NCBI GenBank assembly: GCA_033764315.1
Contig: JANRJA010000077.1
Location: forward strand, 91,256-155,255
Direction of reading: 5' to 3'
Source of the DNA: Oculatellaceae cyanobacterium bins.114
GTDB taxonomy: Bacteria; Cyanobacteriota; Cyanobacteriia; Elainellales; Elainellaceae
Length of the DNA: 64,000 nucleotides
Shown: in pieces, positions 40,321-49,499 of the stretch
Layout: each line of letters opens with the position of its first letter
Position numbering within the stretch: position 1 is the stretch's first letter
Program-made: the position numbers and the translations under genes
The notes under the pieces: model-generated
The model's database searches: none
The model's input: only the letters and a program-made list of their open reading frames with translations
What the model was told of the DNA's origin: nothing

Positions 40321-42990
40321 ATGCTGCTAAAGTATGTAGCTCAACGATTGCTCCGACGTCCTCTGCGATGGGGACGATGCGTTCGCGTGGCACCTCTACT
40401 GCTGGCCTTGTGGTTTATCTGTGGCATGGCCGTGCCCGCAGCCCTGGCTCAACTGCGATCGCCCCTAACAGGTTTAGAGTTGTTGCATCAAGCCCAACAA
40501 CTCAACCAGCAGGAACGCTATCAAGAAGCGATTCCTCTATTGCAGCAGGCAGCTCAGCAGTTTGAGGCACAACCAGATCCCCTGAATCAAGCCACTGCTC
40601 TGAGTAATTTGGCAACAGTTTATGCTCAGGTCAACCAACGACAACAGGCAAATGAAGCGATCGCCAATAGCCTGGAATTGCTCCAAACGTCTCCTCCAAC
40701 TGCTGATCAGCAACGGGTTTTAGCCTATACCTGGGAGATTCAAGGGATGTTGCAACTAGAACAGGGTAATGCTCAAGCTGCACTGGATAGCTGGACTCAA
40801 GCCACCGCCAACTATACTGCGTTGAGTCCTGAAGATCCCCAACTGCAAAATCGCCTCTTGCAAATCCACATCAACCAGGCTCAAGCATTACAAGTCTTGG
40901 GGTTAATGCCGCGAGCCTGTCACACTCTGTTAGCTGCTCTACAAGCCGCCGCATCCACCTGTCAAATCTCACCTGAAACGCTAGCCATTTTAAGCCGCCA
41001 ATCGTCGGAGGAGGCAATTCAAGCCATCAATGCGTTGGGGCATGTGTTGCGAGTCTTGGGTCAACTCGATGAATCACAGCAGGTGCTCTCTCTGGCATTG
41101 CAACAGGCTCAGCAATCTGGAGATCGTCAGGCGATCGCCACGGTTTCGCTGCACTGGGGCAACACGTTGCAGGCACTCGCCAATCAGCCTGCGTTAGCGA
41201 GTGAACAGGTTGCACAGTTAACACAAGCCGCTCTGATGGCTTATCAATCGGCTGCTCAGCAGGCGACTCAGATTGAAACCCAAATTCAAGCGCAACTCAA
41301 TCAACTGAGTGTAGCCATTCAGCAAGACAATTGGAGCACTGCCCAACAGGTGTGGCAAACCCTGCAACCACAACTCAGGCAACTGCCTGCTAACCGCATC
41401 GGCATCATTGCTCGCATCCATCTGACCGAACAATTGCTGCAACTCATGGCGCGGTCGCCCGAAGCGGTCACTCCGCCTGATCTGGAATCACTCTTAGCTC
41501 AAACCATCCAGCAGGCAAATCAACTGGGCGATCCACGGCTCGCAGCCTATGCGCTCAATAGCCAAGCTAAATTTGAGGAGTTGCAACACCACTGGCAATC
41601 AGCAGAGGCGATCGCCAGCCAAGCACTGACATTAGCTCCGGTGTCTCAATCTCCCGATATTGCCTATCAACTCTTTTGGCAATTGGGGCGGGTACAGCAA
41701 GCCAAAGGTAAACGCAGCGAGGCGATCGCCTATTACTCGCGGGCGGTGGAGGTGTTGAAATCTTTACGGGGTGACTTGGTGGCGACCAATTCTGATGTGC
41801 AATTCTCCTTTCGGGAGCGGGTAGAGCCGATTTATCGTGAATTAGTTAGCCTGCTATTGAATGAAGCGACTCCCACGGATGTCAACTTGCGACAAGCCCG
41901 ACAGGTAATCGAATCATTGCAACTGGCAGAGCTAGACAATTTCTTTCGAGATGCCTGTGCTGATGCGGTGCCGTTATCAATTGATGAAATCGATCCGACC
42001 GCTGCAGTGTTGTACCCTATCATTTTGAGCGATCGCCTAGAGGTCATTCTGGCGTTGCCAGGACAAGCCCTACAACACTATGTGATCCATCAATCCCAAG
42101 TTGATTTAGAGCGGATCATTCGCAGAGCCCGCAATGCGTTGCGCCCAACTGCCTTTGCCGAAGAATATCTCCCTCCAGCTCAGCAACTGTATGACTGGCT
42201 GATCCGTCCCGCCGAAACGGCTCTCACTGCCCAAGGCATTAAAACCCTGGTGTTTGTGTTAGATGGTGCGCTGCGAAACGTGCCAATGGCTATTTTGCAC
42301 GATGGACAACATTTTTTGATTGAGAGGTATAACCTGGCGTTGACCTCAGGGCTGCAATTGCTGTCTCCTCAACCCTTGCAAAGCCGTTCGTTAAGTGCCT
42401 TAGTGGGTGGGCTGAGCGAGTCAAGCCAGGGGTTTGACCCACTTCCAGCCGTGGAGCAAGAAGTGTCTCAAGTCAGTCGTGAGTTGCCAACAGAGGTGTT
42501 ACTCAATCAACAATTCACCCAACGCAATCTGCAACAGCAAATCATCGAGCATCCCTTTCCTATTCTCCATCTCGCCACGCATGGACAATTCAGTTCTTCG
42601 GCTGAGCAAACCTTCTTAGTCACCTGGGATGGTCGCCTCACCGTTCGGCAACTCGATACGTTACTTAAATCAAGAGATCAGATCAACTTACAACCCATTG
42701 AGCTATTGATCTTGAGTGCCTGTCAGACGGCTGCCGGAGATCAACGAGCCACGTTAGGTATGGCAGGCATTGCCATTCGCTCTGGTGCACGCTCTACCCT
42801 GGCTAGCCTCTGGTTAGTCAATGATGAGCCTACTGCCGATCTCGTGACTGAGTTTTATCAACAATTTGCAAAAGCACGCGTCAATCGAGCCGCTGCACTG
42901 CGACAGGCACAACTCAAACTGCTAGCCAATCCTGAATCGCAACATCCCTTTTATTGGGCCGCATTTGTCCTAGTGGGCAACTGGTTATAA
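40321..42990 (+). CDS. TPR + CHAT (caspase/HetF-like) protease, exported
   Basis: N-terminal hydrophobic signal, TPRs, catalytic HLATHG and LSACQT, C-terminal HPFYWAAFVLVGNW. Confidence 0.93.
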   Translation: MLLKYVAQRLLRRPLRWGRCVRVAPLLLALWFICGMAVPAALAQLRSPLTGLELLHQAQQLNQQERYQEAIPLLQQAAQQFEAQPDPLNQATALSNLATVYAQVNQRQQANEAIANSLELLQTSPPTADQQRVLAYTWEIQGMLQLEQGNAQAALDSWTQATANYTALSPEDPQLQNRLLQIHINQAQALQVLGLMPRACHTLLAALQAAASTCQISPETLAILSRQSSEEAIQAINALGHVLRVLGQLDESQQVLSLALQQAQQSGDRQAIATVSLHWGNTLQALANQPALASEQVAQLTQAALMAYQSAAQQATQIETQIQAQLNQLSVAIQQDNWSTAQQVWQTLQPQLRQLPANRIGIIARIHLTEQLLQLMARSPEAVTPPDLESLLAQTIQQANQLGDPRLAAYALNSQAKFEELQHHWQSAEAIASQALTLAPVSQSPDIAYQLFWQLGRVQQAKGKRSEAIAYYSRAVEVLKSLRGDLVATNSDVQFSFRERVEPIYRELVSLLLNEATPTDVNLRQARQVIESLQLAELDNFFRDACADAVPLSIDEIDPTAAVLYPIILSDRLEVILALPGQALQHYVIHQSQVDLERIIRRARNALRPTAFAEEYLPPAQQLYDWLIRPAETALTAQGIKTLVFVLDGALRNVPMAILHDGQHFLIERYNLALTSGLQLLSPQPLQSRSLSALVGGLSESSQGFDPLPAVEQEVSQVSRELPTEVLLNQQFTQRNLQQQIIEHPFPILHLATHGQFSSSAEQTFLVTWDGRLTVRQLDTLLKSRDQINLQPIELLILSACQTAAGDQRATLGMAGIAIRSGARSTLASLWLVNDEPTADLVTEFYQQFAKARVNRAAALRQAQLKLLANPESQHPFYWAAFVLVGNWL

Positions 42991-43047
42991 GCCTGCTTCA
43001 ATGACACCGATTTGAAACAATACTTTGGATACTTTTGCTGAGTCTTG

Positions 43048-43137
43048 CCCTCATCCTCAACCCCCTGTTTTCAAAAAAGGTTAAGGAGAGCCGGATTCAA
43101 GTTCCGCTCCGGCTTTGGGAAGGAGATTTGGGGTGAG
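43048..43137. repeat. Degenerate cyanobacterial dispersed hairpin repeat
   Basis: CCCTCATCCTCAACCCC...GATTTGGGGTGAG with complementary ends and internal hairpins. Confidence 0.45.
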
Positions 43138-43526
43138 TCCCAGAGAGGACGAGGTTAGCGCAGGTTTCCAGCCACACCACAAAAACTGTTTGGACGATGG
43201 TTTAAAGAATCTTTGTAACTGATGATAGTGCAGAGCGATTTAGCCTCGCTAAACTCATAGATAGATATTTGTAGTGATCGTGAAGCAAACCGTATTTTGA
43301 TCGGAATCCATAGATATACGTGCATATTCTTAGTAAGGTGCGCGTACATATACTTAGTTGACTGATAGTATTTTGCCCATAGGAACACGACTATTCTTCT
43401 GAGAGAATATAGTGATTGTTTTTGAAAAAGTTTTTGGAATGGAGATCTAAGTATATTTCGGGTGCTCTGCGATCGACCCTATGTGATCTCGGTATTGTTA
43501 CTTAAACCATTGCGAGGTGTTCAATC

Positions 43527-44066
43527 GTGTCCCTGCATTTTTCTAAACTACCCTTTTCTAAACTACCTTTTTCTAAGCTAACGATAGTCTTAGCAGGACT
43601 GTTGCTGAATGGCTTGCTGCCGCTGTCAACCTTAGCCACTGAGGTTGGGTTTGAGCCAGCACCCGATAATGGTCGTCCTCATCGCACGACTGCTGGCGGG
43701 TCTCGTAATCCAGGGTATTGTCCTAATGATCAAACAGGCAGTCAACCGCTAGCCGCATTGCAATCCCCTGATCCAGCGGTCGATTCTGCGTTGGCGGTAC
43801 AAATTCAGGTGCCCAAAACCTCTGCTCGTGAAGCCGAATTTAGTCTCTTTGATGAATCAGGTAGAGGGGTGTATCAGACGTTATTAGCGTTAGGAGACGA
43901 ATCGGGTGTGATTCGGATTGACCTACCTGAAACGGCTTCCCAGCCGCAATCGAGTCGCCGTTATCGCTGGGTCTTTTCATTGATTTGCCAAGCAGACGAT
44001 CGCCTGCAAGACCGCTCTATTTCTGGATGGATTCAGCCTGGAGAGGCTTCTGCGCTGCAAAATTAA
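43527..44066 (+). CDS. DUF928-like protein
   Basis: Signal peptide, P.RTTAGGSR..C, AEFSL.DE, YRWVFSLIC and GWI; usual position in CHAT/CHASE2 clusters. Confidence 0.82.
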   Translation: MSLHFSKLPFSKLPFSKLTIVLAGLLLNGLLPLSTLATEVGFEPAPDNGRPHRTTAGGSRNPGYCPNDQTGSQPLAALQSPDPAVDSALAVQIQVPKTSAREAEFSLFDESGRGVYQTLLALGDESGVIRIDLPETASQPQSSRRYRWVFSLICQADDRLQDRSISGWIQPGEASALQN

Positions 44067-44356
44067 GAGATTTGAAGATCGGCTTAAAGTGAGCTAATGT
44101 TGGTTGAGTGGTATCAACCCAACTGAGTTTTTTGGGGGTTAGTCCTAAGCTGGTAGCGGTATATCTGCTGCGCGGGACACCTCCCGACTCCAGCATTATC
44201 CTTCAACATCATTCCCTGCTAGAGCACTACCTAATTTCTTTGTTCAAAGATATAAAAATTTACGCAAGTTGAAAGAACAGGGGCATAAAACTCTTTTTTG
44301 AGTGTAAAAATTGAATCTCAACCCTAGCGATCGCAACGCACCAGGTTTTATCAATC

Positions 44357-47065
44357 GTGTGGACCCAACGACTTAAACGGCTTGAGCAGTGGCGCAATAT
44401 TGGCATCACAGCAGTAGCCGTGTCTTGTTTGACGATTGGCTTACGACTGACGGGGGGGCTACAGATTTTAGAGTGGACCGTTCTAGATTGGTTTTTCCAG
44501 CATCGCGCCTTAGAAGAACCCGATTCTCGAATTGTTTTAGTCACCATCGAGGAAGCTGACATTACCCGATTGCAGCAGTGGCCTATCTCAGATGCGACCC
44601 TGGCAGAGGCTCTGCAGCGGATTAAACAACAACAGCCGAGGGTGATTGGTTTAGATCTCTACCGAGATCTTCCGGTTGAGCCGGGTCATGCTCAATTACT
44701 AGATGTTTTTCGATCGACCCCCAATCTGATTGGCATTGAAAAAGTGACCTCTGGGTCAGAAGGTGGGGCGATCGCTCCTCCTCCTGTTTTGTCAGAGCGA
44801 GGTCAGGTCAGTGCCAGTGATCTTGTGTTAGATGATGACGGCACACTGCGACGAGTCTTACTCTCTCTAGACAATGCAGACGGAGAAACTGTCTTAGGCT
44901 TGGCAAGCCGATTGGCATTAATTTACTTAAAGACTGAAGGCATTCAGTTAGAACCGATCAACCGAGATCGGGGGCACGTCCGCTTAGGCAAGGCCGAGTT
45001 TCTGCGGTTGCAAGCTAATGATGGAGGGTATGTCCGGGCTGATGTAGGGGGCTATCAAATTCTGTCGAATTTCCGTCATTTTAAACAAGAGTTTACTCAA
45101 GTTTCTTTATCAGAGCTGTTAGAGGGTCAGGTTCCTGCTGATTTAATGCGCGATCGCATTGTGTTGATTGGGACAACCGCCGCCAGTGTGAGCGATCGCC
45201 TGAATGCCCCCCGAATCGATAACACCGATAACCTGCCTGGTGTACCGGGGGTGATGATTCACGCTGACATCATCAGCCAATTGTTGAGTGCAGCGTTGGA
45301 AGGGCGTCCTGTCTTGAAAACCTGGTCAGAACCGGGAGAATGGGTCTGGATCGGGGTTTGGGCAGTGGTGGGATCATGGCTGGGATGGCGGCTCCAGTCT
45401 CCTTTACGCACGGGGATTGGAGCCTCGCTGCTGAGTGGTGGTTTGGGAGTCACAACCTACATTTTCTTTTTGCAAGGCTGGTGGGTGCCCCTGGTGCCAG
45501 GGGTGATTTCACTGCTAGGGTCAGCCGTAGTGAGCAAAAGTTATTTGCTCTGGAGCCACCTGTTGCAGTCAAAGCAGCAACTCGAAGAGTATGCCTCTAC
45601 GTTGGAACAAAGGGTGGATGAACGCACCCGTGAGCTAAACGAAAAAAATCGGCAACTTGAGCAAGCTAAAGAGGCGGCTGAAGCAGCCGCAAGGGCTAAA
45701 AGTCGTTTTTTGGCGACGATGAGCCACGAATTGCGAACCCCGCTCAACTCCATCATTGGTTTTTCTGAGTTGCTGCTGGAAGATATCTCGGTTGAAGCAC
45801 CAGAACATCGACAGGTCAACATCATCTACCAAAGCAGTTCCCACTTGTTGAATCTAATCAACGATGTGTTGACCATGTCAAAGATTGAATCTGGGCGCAC
45901 TAGCCTTAATTTAGATTGCTTTGACCTGCATGCGTGTGTTGATAATCTAATACAAATGTTTCGTCAGCAAACCGATTCTAAGCAGTTGCAACTACGGTGC
46001 GATCGCTCTGCCGATGTGCCCCAACTGGTGACAGCTGACGAAGGGAAACTGCGTCAAGTGTTGCTCAATTTATTGAGTAATGCGGTCAAATTTACCGAAC
46101 AGGGAGAGGTCATCCTGCGCGTCAAATTGCCCGATGAGACCGGAAAAGCCCTGGATGAGCCAAACCCTAGCACGGCACAGCCTCATGTCTTGCTGTTTGA
46201 AGTGGAAGATACCGGCTGTGGTGTGGCAGAAACAGAATTAGATAAATTGTTTCAGCCGTTTGAGCAAACTGAAGCAGGAAGGCGATCGCAGCAGGGCACT
46301 GGACTTGGACTGGCAATTAGCCGCGAGTTTATTCGCTTGATGGGCGGTGACATCTCAGTTCAGAGTCAGGTCAACGTTGGGACAACCTTTCGATTTTCGA
46401 TTCCAGTTCAGGTGGGCGACCTGTCTGAGCGTGAGGAAATCTTTCATCATCAAGTGCGGGTTGCCACCGAACAGCCCAAATATCGTATTTTGATCGCTGA
46501 AGATAACGTCGTCAATCGCACCCTGTTGATCTATATCCTGGCGTCTGCTGGGTTTCAAGTTCAGGTTGCAGAAAACGGGGAGGCTGCCATCCAACTGTGG
46601 AAGACCTGGCATCCTCATCTGATTTTTATGGACATGAATATGCCTGTGATGGATGGATATGAGGCAACTCGGCAGATCAGGGCAATCGAAACTTCAGATC
46701 TGAGTGCTCAATCTAACTCGGCTCAAGCGTCACAGCGACTGACGCCATCTGAGGAACCCTTAAGCCCATTGACGTTGACTGGTTATAACGGTCACAGCAA
46801 CTCAAGTGATGCTGCCCTCAGTCTTCCTAGTCTTTCTTCTCTACAAAATTCGACCTTGTCTGCAACCCACCCTCAGCACCCACGAACCGTTATTATTGCG
46901 TTGACAGCTCACATGTTTGAAGAAGAAAAACAAGCGGCGATCGCGGCAGGTTGTGATGATTTGTTGTCTAAGCCCTTTAAGAAAGAGTTGCTATATCAAA
47001 CTATTACCAAGTATCTGCAAGTTAACTATGTGGCGATCGACAAGAAAGTTGAATCGCCTTCTTAA
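44357..47065 (+). CDS. CHASE2 hybrid histidine kinase with receiver
   Basis: CHASE2 (PRVIGLDLYRD, DGTLRR, DRIVLIG, PGVMIHA), three TMs, MSHELRTP, HATPase, receiver FMDMNMP. Confidence 0.93.
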   Translation: MWTQRLKRLEQWRNIGITAVAVSCLTIGLRLTGGLQILEWTVLDWFFQHRALEEPDSRIVLVTIEEADITRLQQWPISDATLAEALQRIKQQQPRVIGLDLYRDLPVEPGHAQLLDVFRSTPNLIGIEKVTSGSEGGAIAPPPVLSERGQVSASDLVLDDDGTLRRVLLSLDNADGETVLGLASRLALIYLKTEGIQLEPINRDRGHVRLGKAEFLRLQANDGGYVRADVGGYQILSNFRHFKQEFTQVSLSELLEGQVPADLMRDRIVLIGTTAASVSDRLNAPRIDNTDNLPGVPGVMIHADIISQLLSAALEGRPVLKTWSEPGEWVWIGVWAVVGSWLGWRLQSPLRTGIGASLLSGGLGVTTYIFFLQGWWVPLVPGVISLLGSAVVSKSYLLWSHLLQSKQQLEEYASTLEQRVDERTRELNEKNRQLEQAKEAAEAAARAKSRFLATMSHELRTPLNSIIGFSELLLEDISVEAPEHRQVNIIYQSSSHLLNLINDVLTMSKIESGRTSLNLDCFDLHACVDNLIQMFRQQTDSKQLQLRCDRSADVPQLVTADEGKLRQVLLNLLSNAVKFTEQGEVILRVKLPDETGKALDEPNPSTAQPHVLLFEVEDTGCGVAETELDKLFQPFEQTEAGRRSQQGTGLGLAISREFIRLMGGDISVQSQVNVGTTFRFSIPVQVGDLSEREEIFHHQVRVATEQPKYRILIAEDNVVNRTLLIYILASAGFQVQVAENGEAAIQLWKTWHPHLIFMDMNMPVMDGYEATRQIRAIETSDLSAQSNSAQASQRLTPSEEPLSPLTLTGYNGHSNSSDAALSLPSLSSLQNSTLSATHPQHPRTVIIALTAHMFEEEKQAAIAAGCDDLLSKPFKKELLYQTITKYLQVNYVAIDKKVESPS

Positions 47066-47082
47066 ACTTCTTAAAAACAGCA

Positions 47083-47175
47083 TATAGCAGTCCTAAATCA
47101 TTTGTGAAATTAGGAGGTTGTGAGAGTCGCACCCCTCCGGGGTGCGACTCTCACAACCCATTTAGGATTGCTATA
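47083..47175 (+). mobile_element. 93-bp MITE with TA-ended TIRs and a long internal hairpin
   Basis: TATAGCAGTCCTAAAT...ATTTAGGATTGCTATA is 15/16 complementary. Internal hairpin GGTTGTGAGAGTCGCACCCC-TCC-GGGGTGCGACTCTCACAACC. Confidence 0.82.
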
Positions 47176-47201
47176 GGTTGAACCAATCGCAATTTTGGGG
47201 C

Positions 47202-49499
47202 TTATTGCCGAACCAAAGAGCGATCGCCCACACTGATGCGTACCAGTTGACGGGTGCGATCAAAGGTGACAGCCGTACTCAGTTTTTTAGATACCCCAGG
47301 AATAGTCACAACGCCTACTAGAGTTGAGTCAGATTGCCATTGTCCGGCATAACGAGCAAAGGCTAACCGAGGGAAAAAGGAACTACCAAACTGGTAAGCC
47401 ATACAACGCAACCCTGTTGTCACGGTGCTGATGGGTAGATAATCCCACCAGAGTCCAGCTTGATGCACCAACGGCAGTTTAGGCAGAGCAATCAAGAGCA
47501 TAGCCAGAGCCGGATCGTGGCCCTCTAACCGATGGCACATGAACCCATCTTGATCACGGCTATAGAACAGCTTGGCTGAACCAGAGTCAAAGTAAAAACT
47601 GCCATCGATCGCCATGCGATTGGTCAGGGTGAGAGTGGCGATCGCCCGTTCCTTTTGAACAACCCAAAAATGGAGTTGGGTGTCTAGTGGAAATGTGAGC
47701 GACTGAGCCAACGCTTGATCGGGTGCCATTGCTTCTAAAACGGTGTGTTCGGCAGGGCTAACTTCGGTGTGAAAGATGTCATCTACACGTAGATTGGCAA
47801 AGCTAAAGGGCACCGTAGCGGCTCCCACTTCGGGGGTAAGCTGTACCTGAATGTGAATGTGGGGTTGAGGCGAAAAGCCAGAGTTACCACAACGTCCAAT
47901 GAAGGCTCCTCGGTTAATGCGATCGCCCTGTTTGACGACAATACTGTTTTGGGCGAAGTGCGAAATTTCCACGTAAAAGCCGCGCTCGTCATACAGCACG
48001 ACGTGGTTGCCCCAGTTGTGATCTGCATCCACTGCGCCGATCGCACAGTCTGGTAAATCATTCACCACGCGCACCACCCAACCCCGAATGGGAGATAGGA
48101 CGGGTTTTTGAAACGCGTAATAGTCGGTTATCTGGGTTCCGGTGCCGCTATAGGCTTTTCCTTGCTCATCTTGAATGACAAAGTCGTAGGCATATCGCCA
48201 CAATCCTTGATGTGTCCAGACCCCATTACACCCCTGCCAGACTGACCAGCGTCCTGCAAAGGGGAGCGCGATCGCCCTGCCACTGCCCTGATAGCGTTGT
48301 CGAGCCGTCAGCTCAACATCCAGCGTTTTTTCGGGCGATGTTTGGGGAATGCGAACTAGCGAGCGGTTGCCTGCGATCGTCAGCAAATACAACAGCAGCA
48401 TAGTCACCAGATTATAAGGGAGGGCATGGACGGGCAAACCCACCGCCGCCCAAAAGACTCCAATGGCTTCACTCAAGAGAGCCACTAACGTAGTGGCGAT
48501 CGCAGCTAGCAGATAACTACGAGGCGAGGGAAGAAGATAAAATCCACCGATTGCTAACGCTACCAGGATGAAATTTAACGCGGCTGGGTCGTAGTAAACA
48601 TAGTCAAAGGTTCCGGTGAGAACACCTCGCAGAACAGTGCCCAGGACATAACTGGCGATCGCCAACAAAAACTGGATACGCGAATTGAGGAACAGCAGCA
48701 ACGCCACCACCATACCAACCCAAACATTTGGCAAAAAAAAGATCAGCCCCAACGCACGCAGAAACCCTTCTAGGGGCAGCGGTAGACCAATCGTATAAGC
48801 ATGGGCCGGAAGAATGGCGTGGTCTAACCCAGCATAGTGAAACGCGGCTAGATGCACCACCCAACTGACTAGAATGAATGGCAAACTGAGGACGGGCAAC
48901 CACAAAAAAGTTTTAAGAATATGAGCCAGTGTCCAGGTCAGCAGAAATGCCAGCACCCCTGCCGTTGCTGCCAGAAATAGAGCTGGAACACTGAGTTGAA
49001 ACAGGTAGCCCACACCCAGACCCGCTAATAACGGGTTAAACAGCAGCGGGGGACGATTGGCGATGCCCAGTTCTAACGAATTGCAATCTTTTGGCTCAAG
49101 TTGCACTAATCGAGAAAACACCACAGCCGTTAACACAGCCGTCAGTCCTAGAATCAACACTGGAGGTTGCAACAGCATCGCTGCCAGTAAGAATGCCCCT
49201 GTGCTCACCCCTCTTAGAAACAAGATCTCAGCGGTTGCCGCACAAATAGCTCGAAATAAGCGAAAGGGAGTTTGTGCTTTAAACCGGCTCCAGAGTTGGG
49301 TAGCTGAATGGGTTGGGGTTGCCACCTTTAAATACCGCCAGCGTGGGGGGGAGTGATGCAAGTCCAACATGGGTTGTGTAGGGAGTAAGGAATGGGGAGA
49401 AGGGAATCGCTTTGTGTCCAGGAAGACTGGAAATACCATTTTGGAAGCTCCGCCTCTGTGCGTCGCGGAAGACCGAGCTTCCAGGGTCTGAGTTAGCAA
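47202..49499 (-). CDS. Urea-transporter-like membrane domain fused to an M23-family peptidase domain
   Basis: About 10 TMs with UT-like motifs (AEILF, FNPLLAG, LPVLSLPF, LPVHALPY), then THQG...YDF, PVLSPIRG.VV, WGNHVV, ISHF and GNSGFSPQPHIH (HxH). Start uncertain. Confidence 0.8.
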   Translation of the reverse strand: MLTQTLEARSSATHRGGASKMVFPVFLDTKRFPSPHSLLPTQPMLDLHHSPPRWRYLKVATPTHSATQLWSRFKAQTPFRLFRAICAATAEILFLRGVSTGAFLLAAMLLQPPVLILGLTAVLTAVVFSRLVQLEPKDCNSLELGIANRPPLLFNPLLAGLGVGYLFQLSVPALFLAATAGVLAFLLTWTLAHILKTFLWLPVLSLPFILVSWVVHLAAFHYAGLDHAILPAHAYTIGLPLPLEGFLRALGLIFFLPNVWVGMVVALLLFLNSRIQFLLAIASYVLGTVLRGVLTGTFDYVYYDPAALNFILVALAIGGFYLLPSPRSYLLAAIATTLVALLSEAIGVFWAAVGLPVHALPYNLVTMLLLYLLTIAGNRSLVRIPQTSPEKTLDVELTARQRYQGSGRAIALPFAGRWSVWQGCNGVWTHQGLWRYAYDFVIQDEQGKAYSGTGTQITDYYAFQKPVLSPIRGWVVRVVNDLPDCAIGAVDADHNWGNHVVLYDERGFYVEISHFAQNSIVVKQGDRINRGAFIGRCGNSGFSPQPHIHIQVQLTPEVGAATVPFSFANLRVDDIFHTEVSPAEHTVLEAMAPDQALAQSLTFPLDTQLHFWVVQKERAIATLTLTNRMAIDGSFYFDSGSAKLFYSRDQDGFMCHRLEGHDPALAMLLIALPKLPLVHQAGLWWDYLPISTVTTGLRCMAYQFGSSFFPRLAFARYAGQWQSDSTLVGVVTIPGVSKKLSTAVTFDRTRQLVRISVGDRSLVRQ

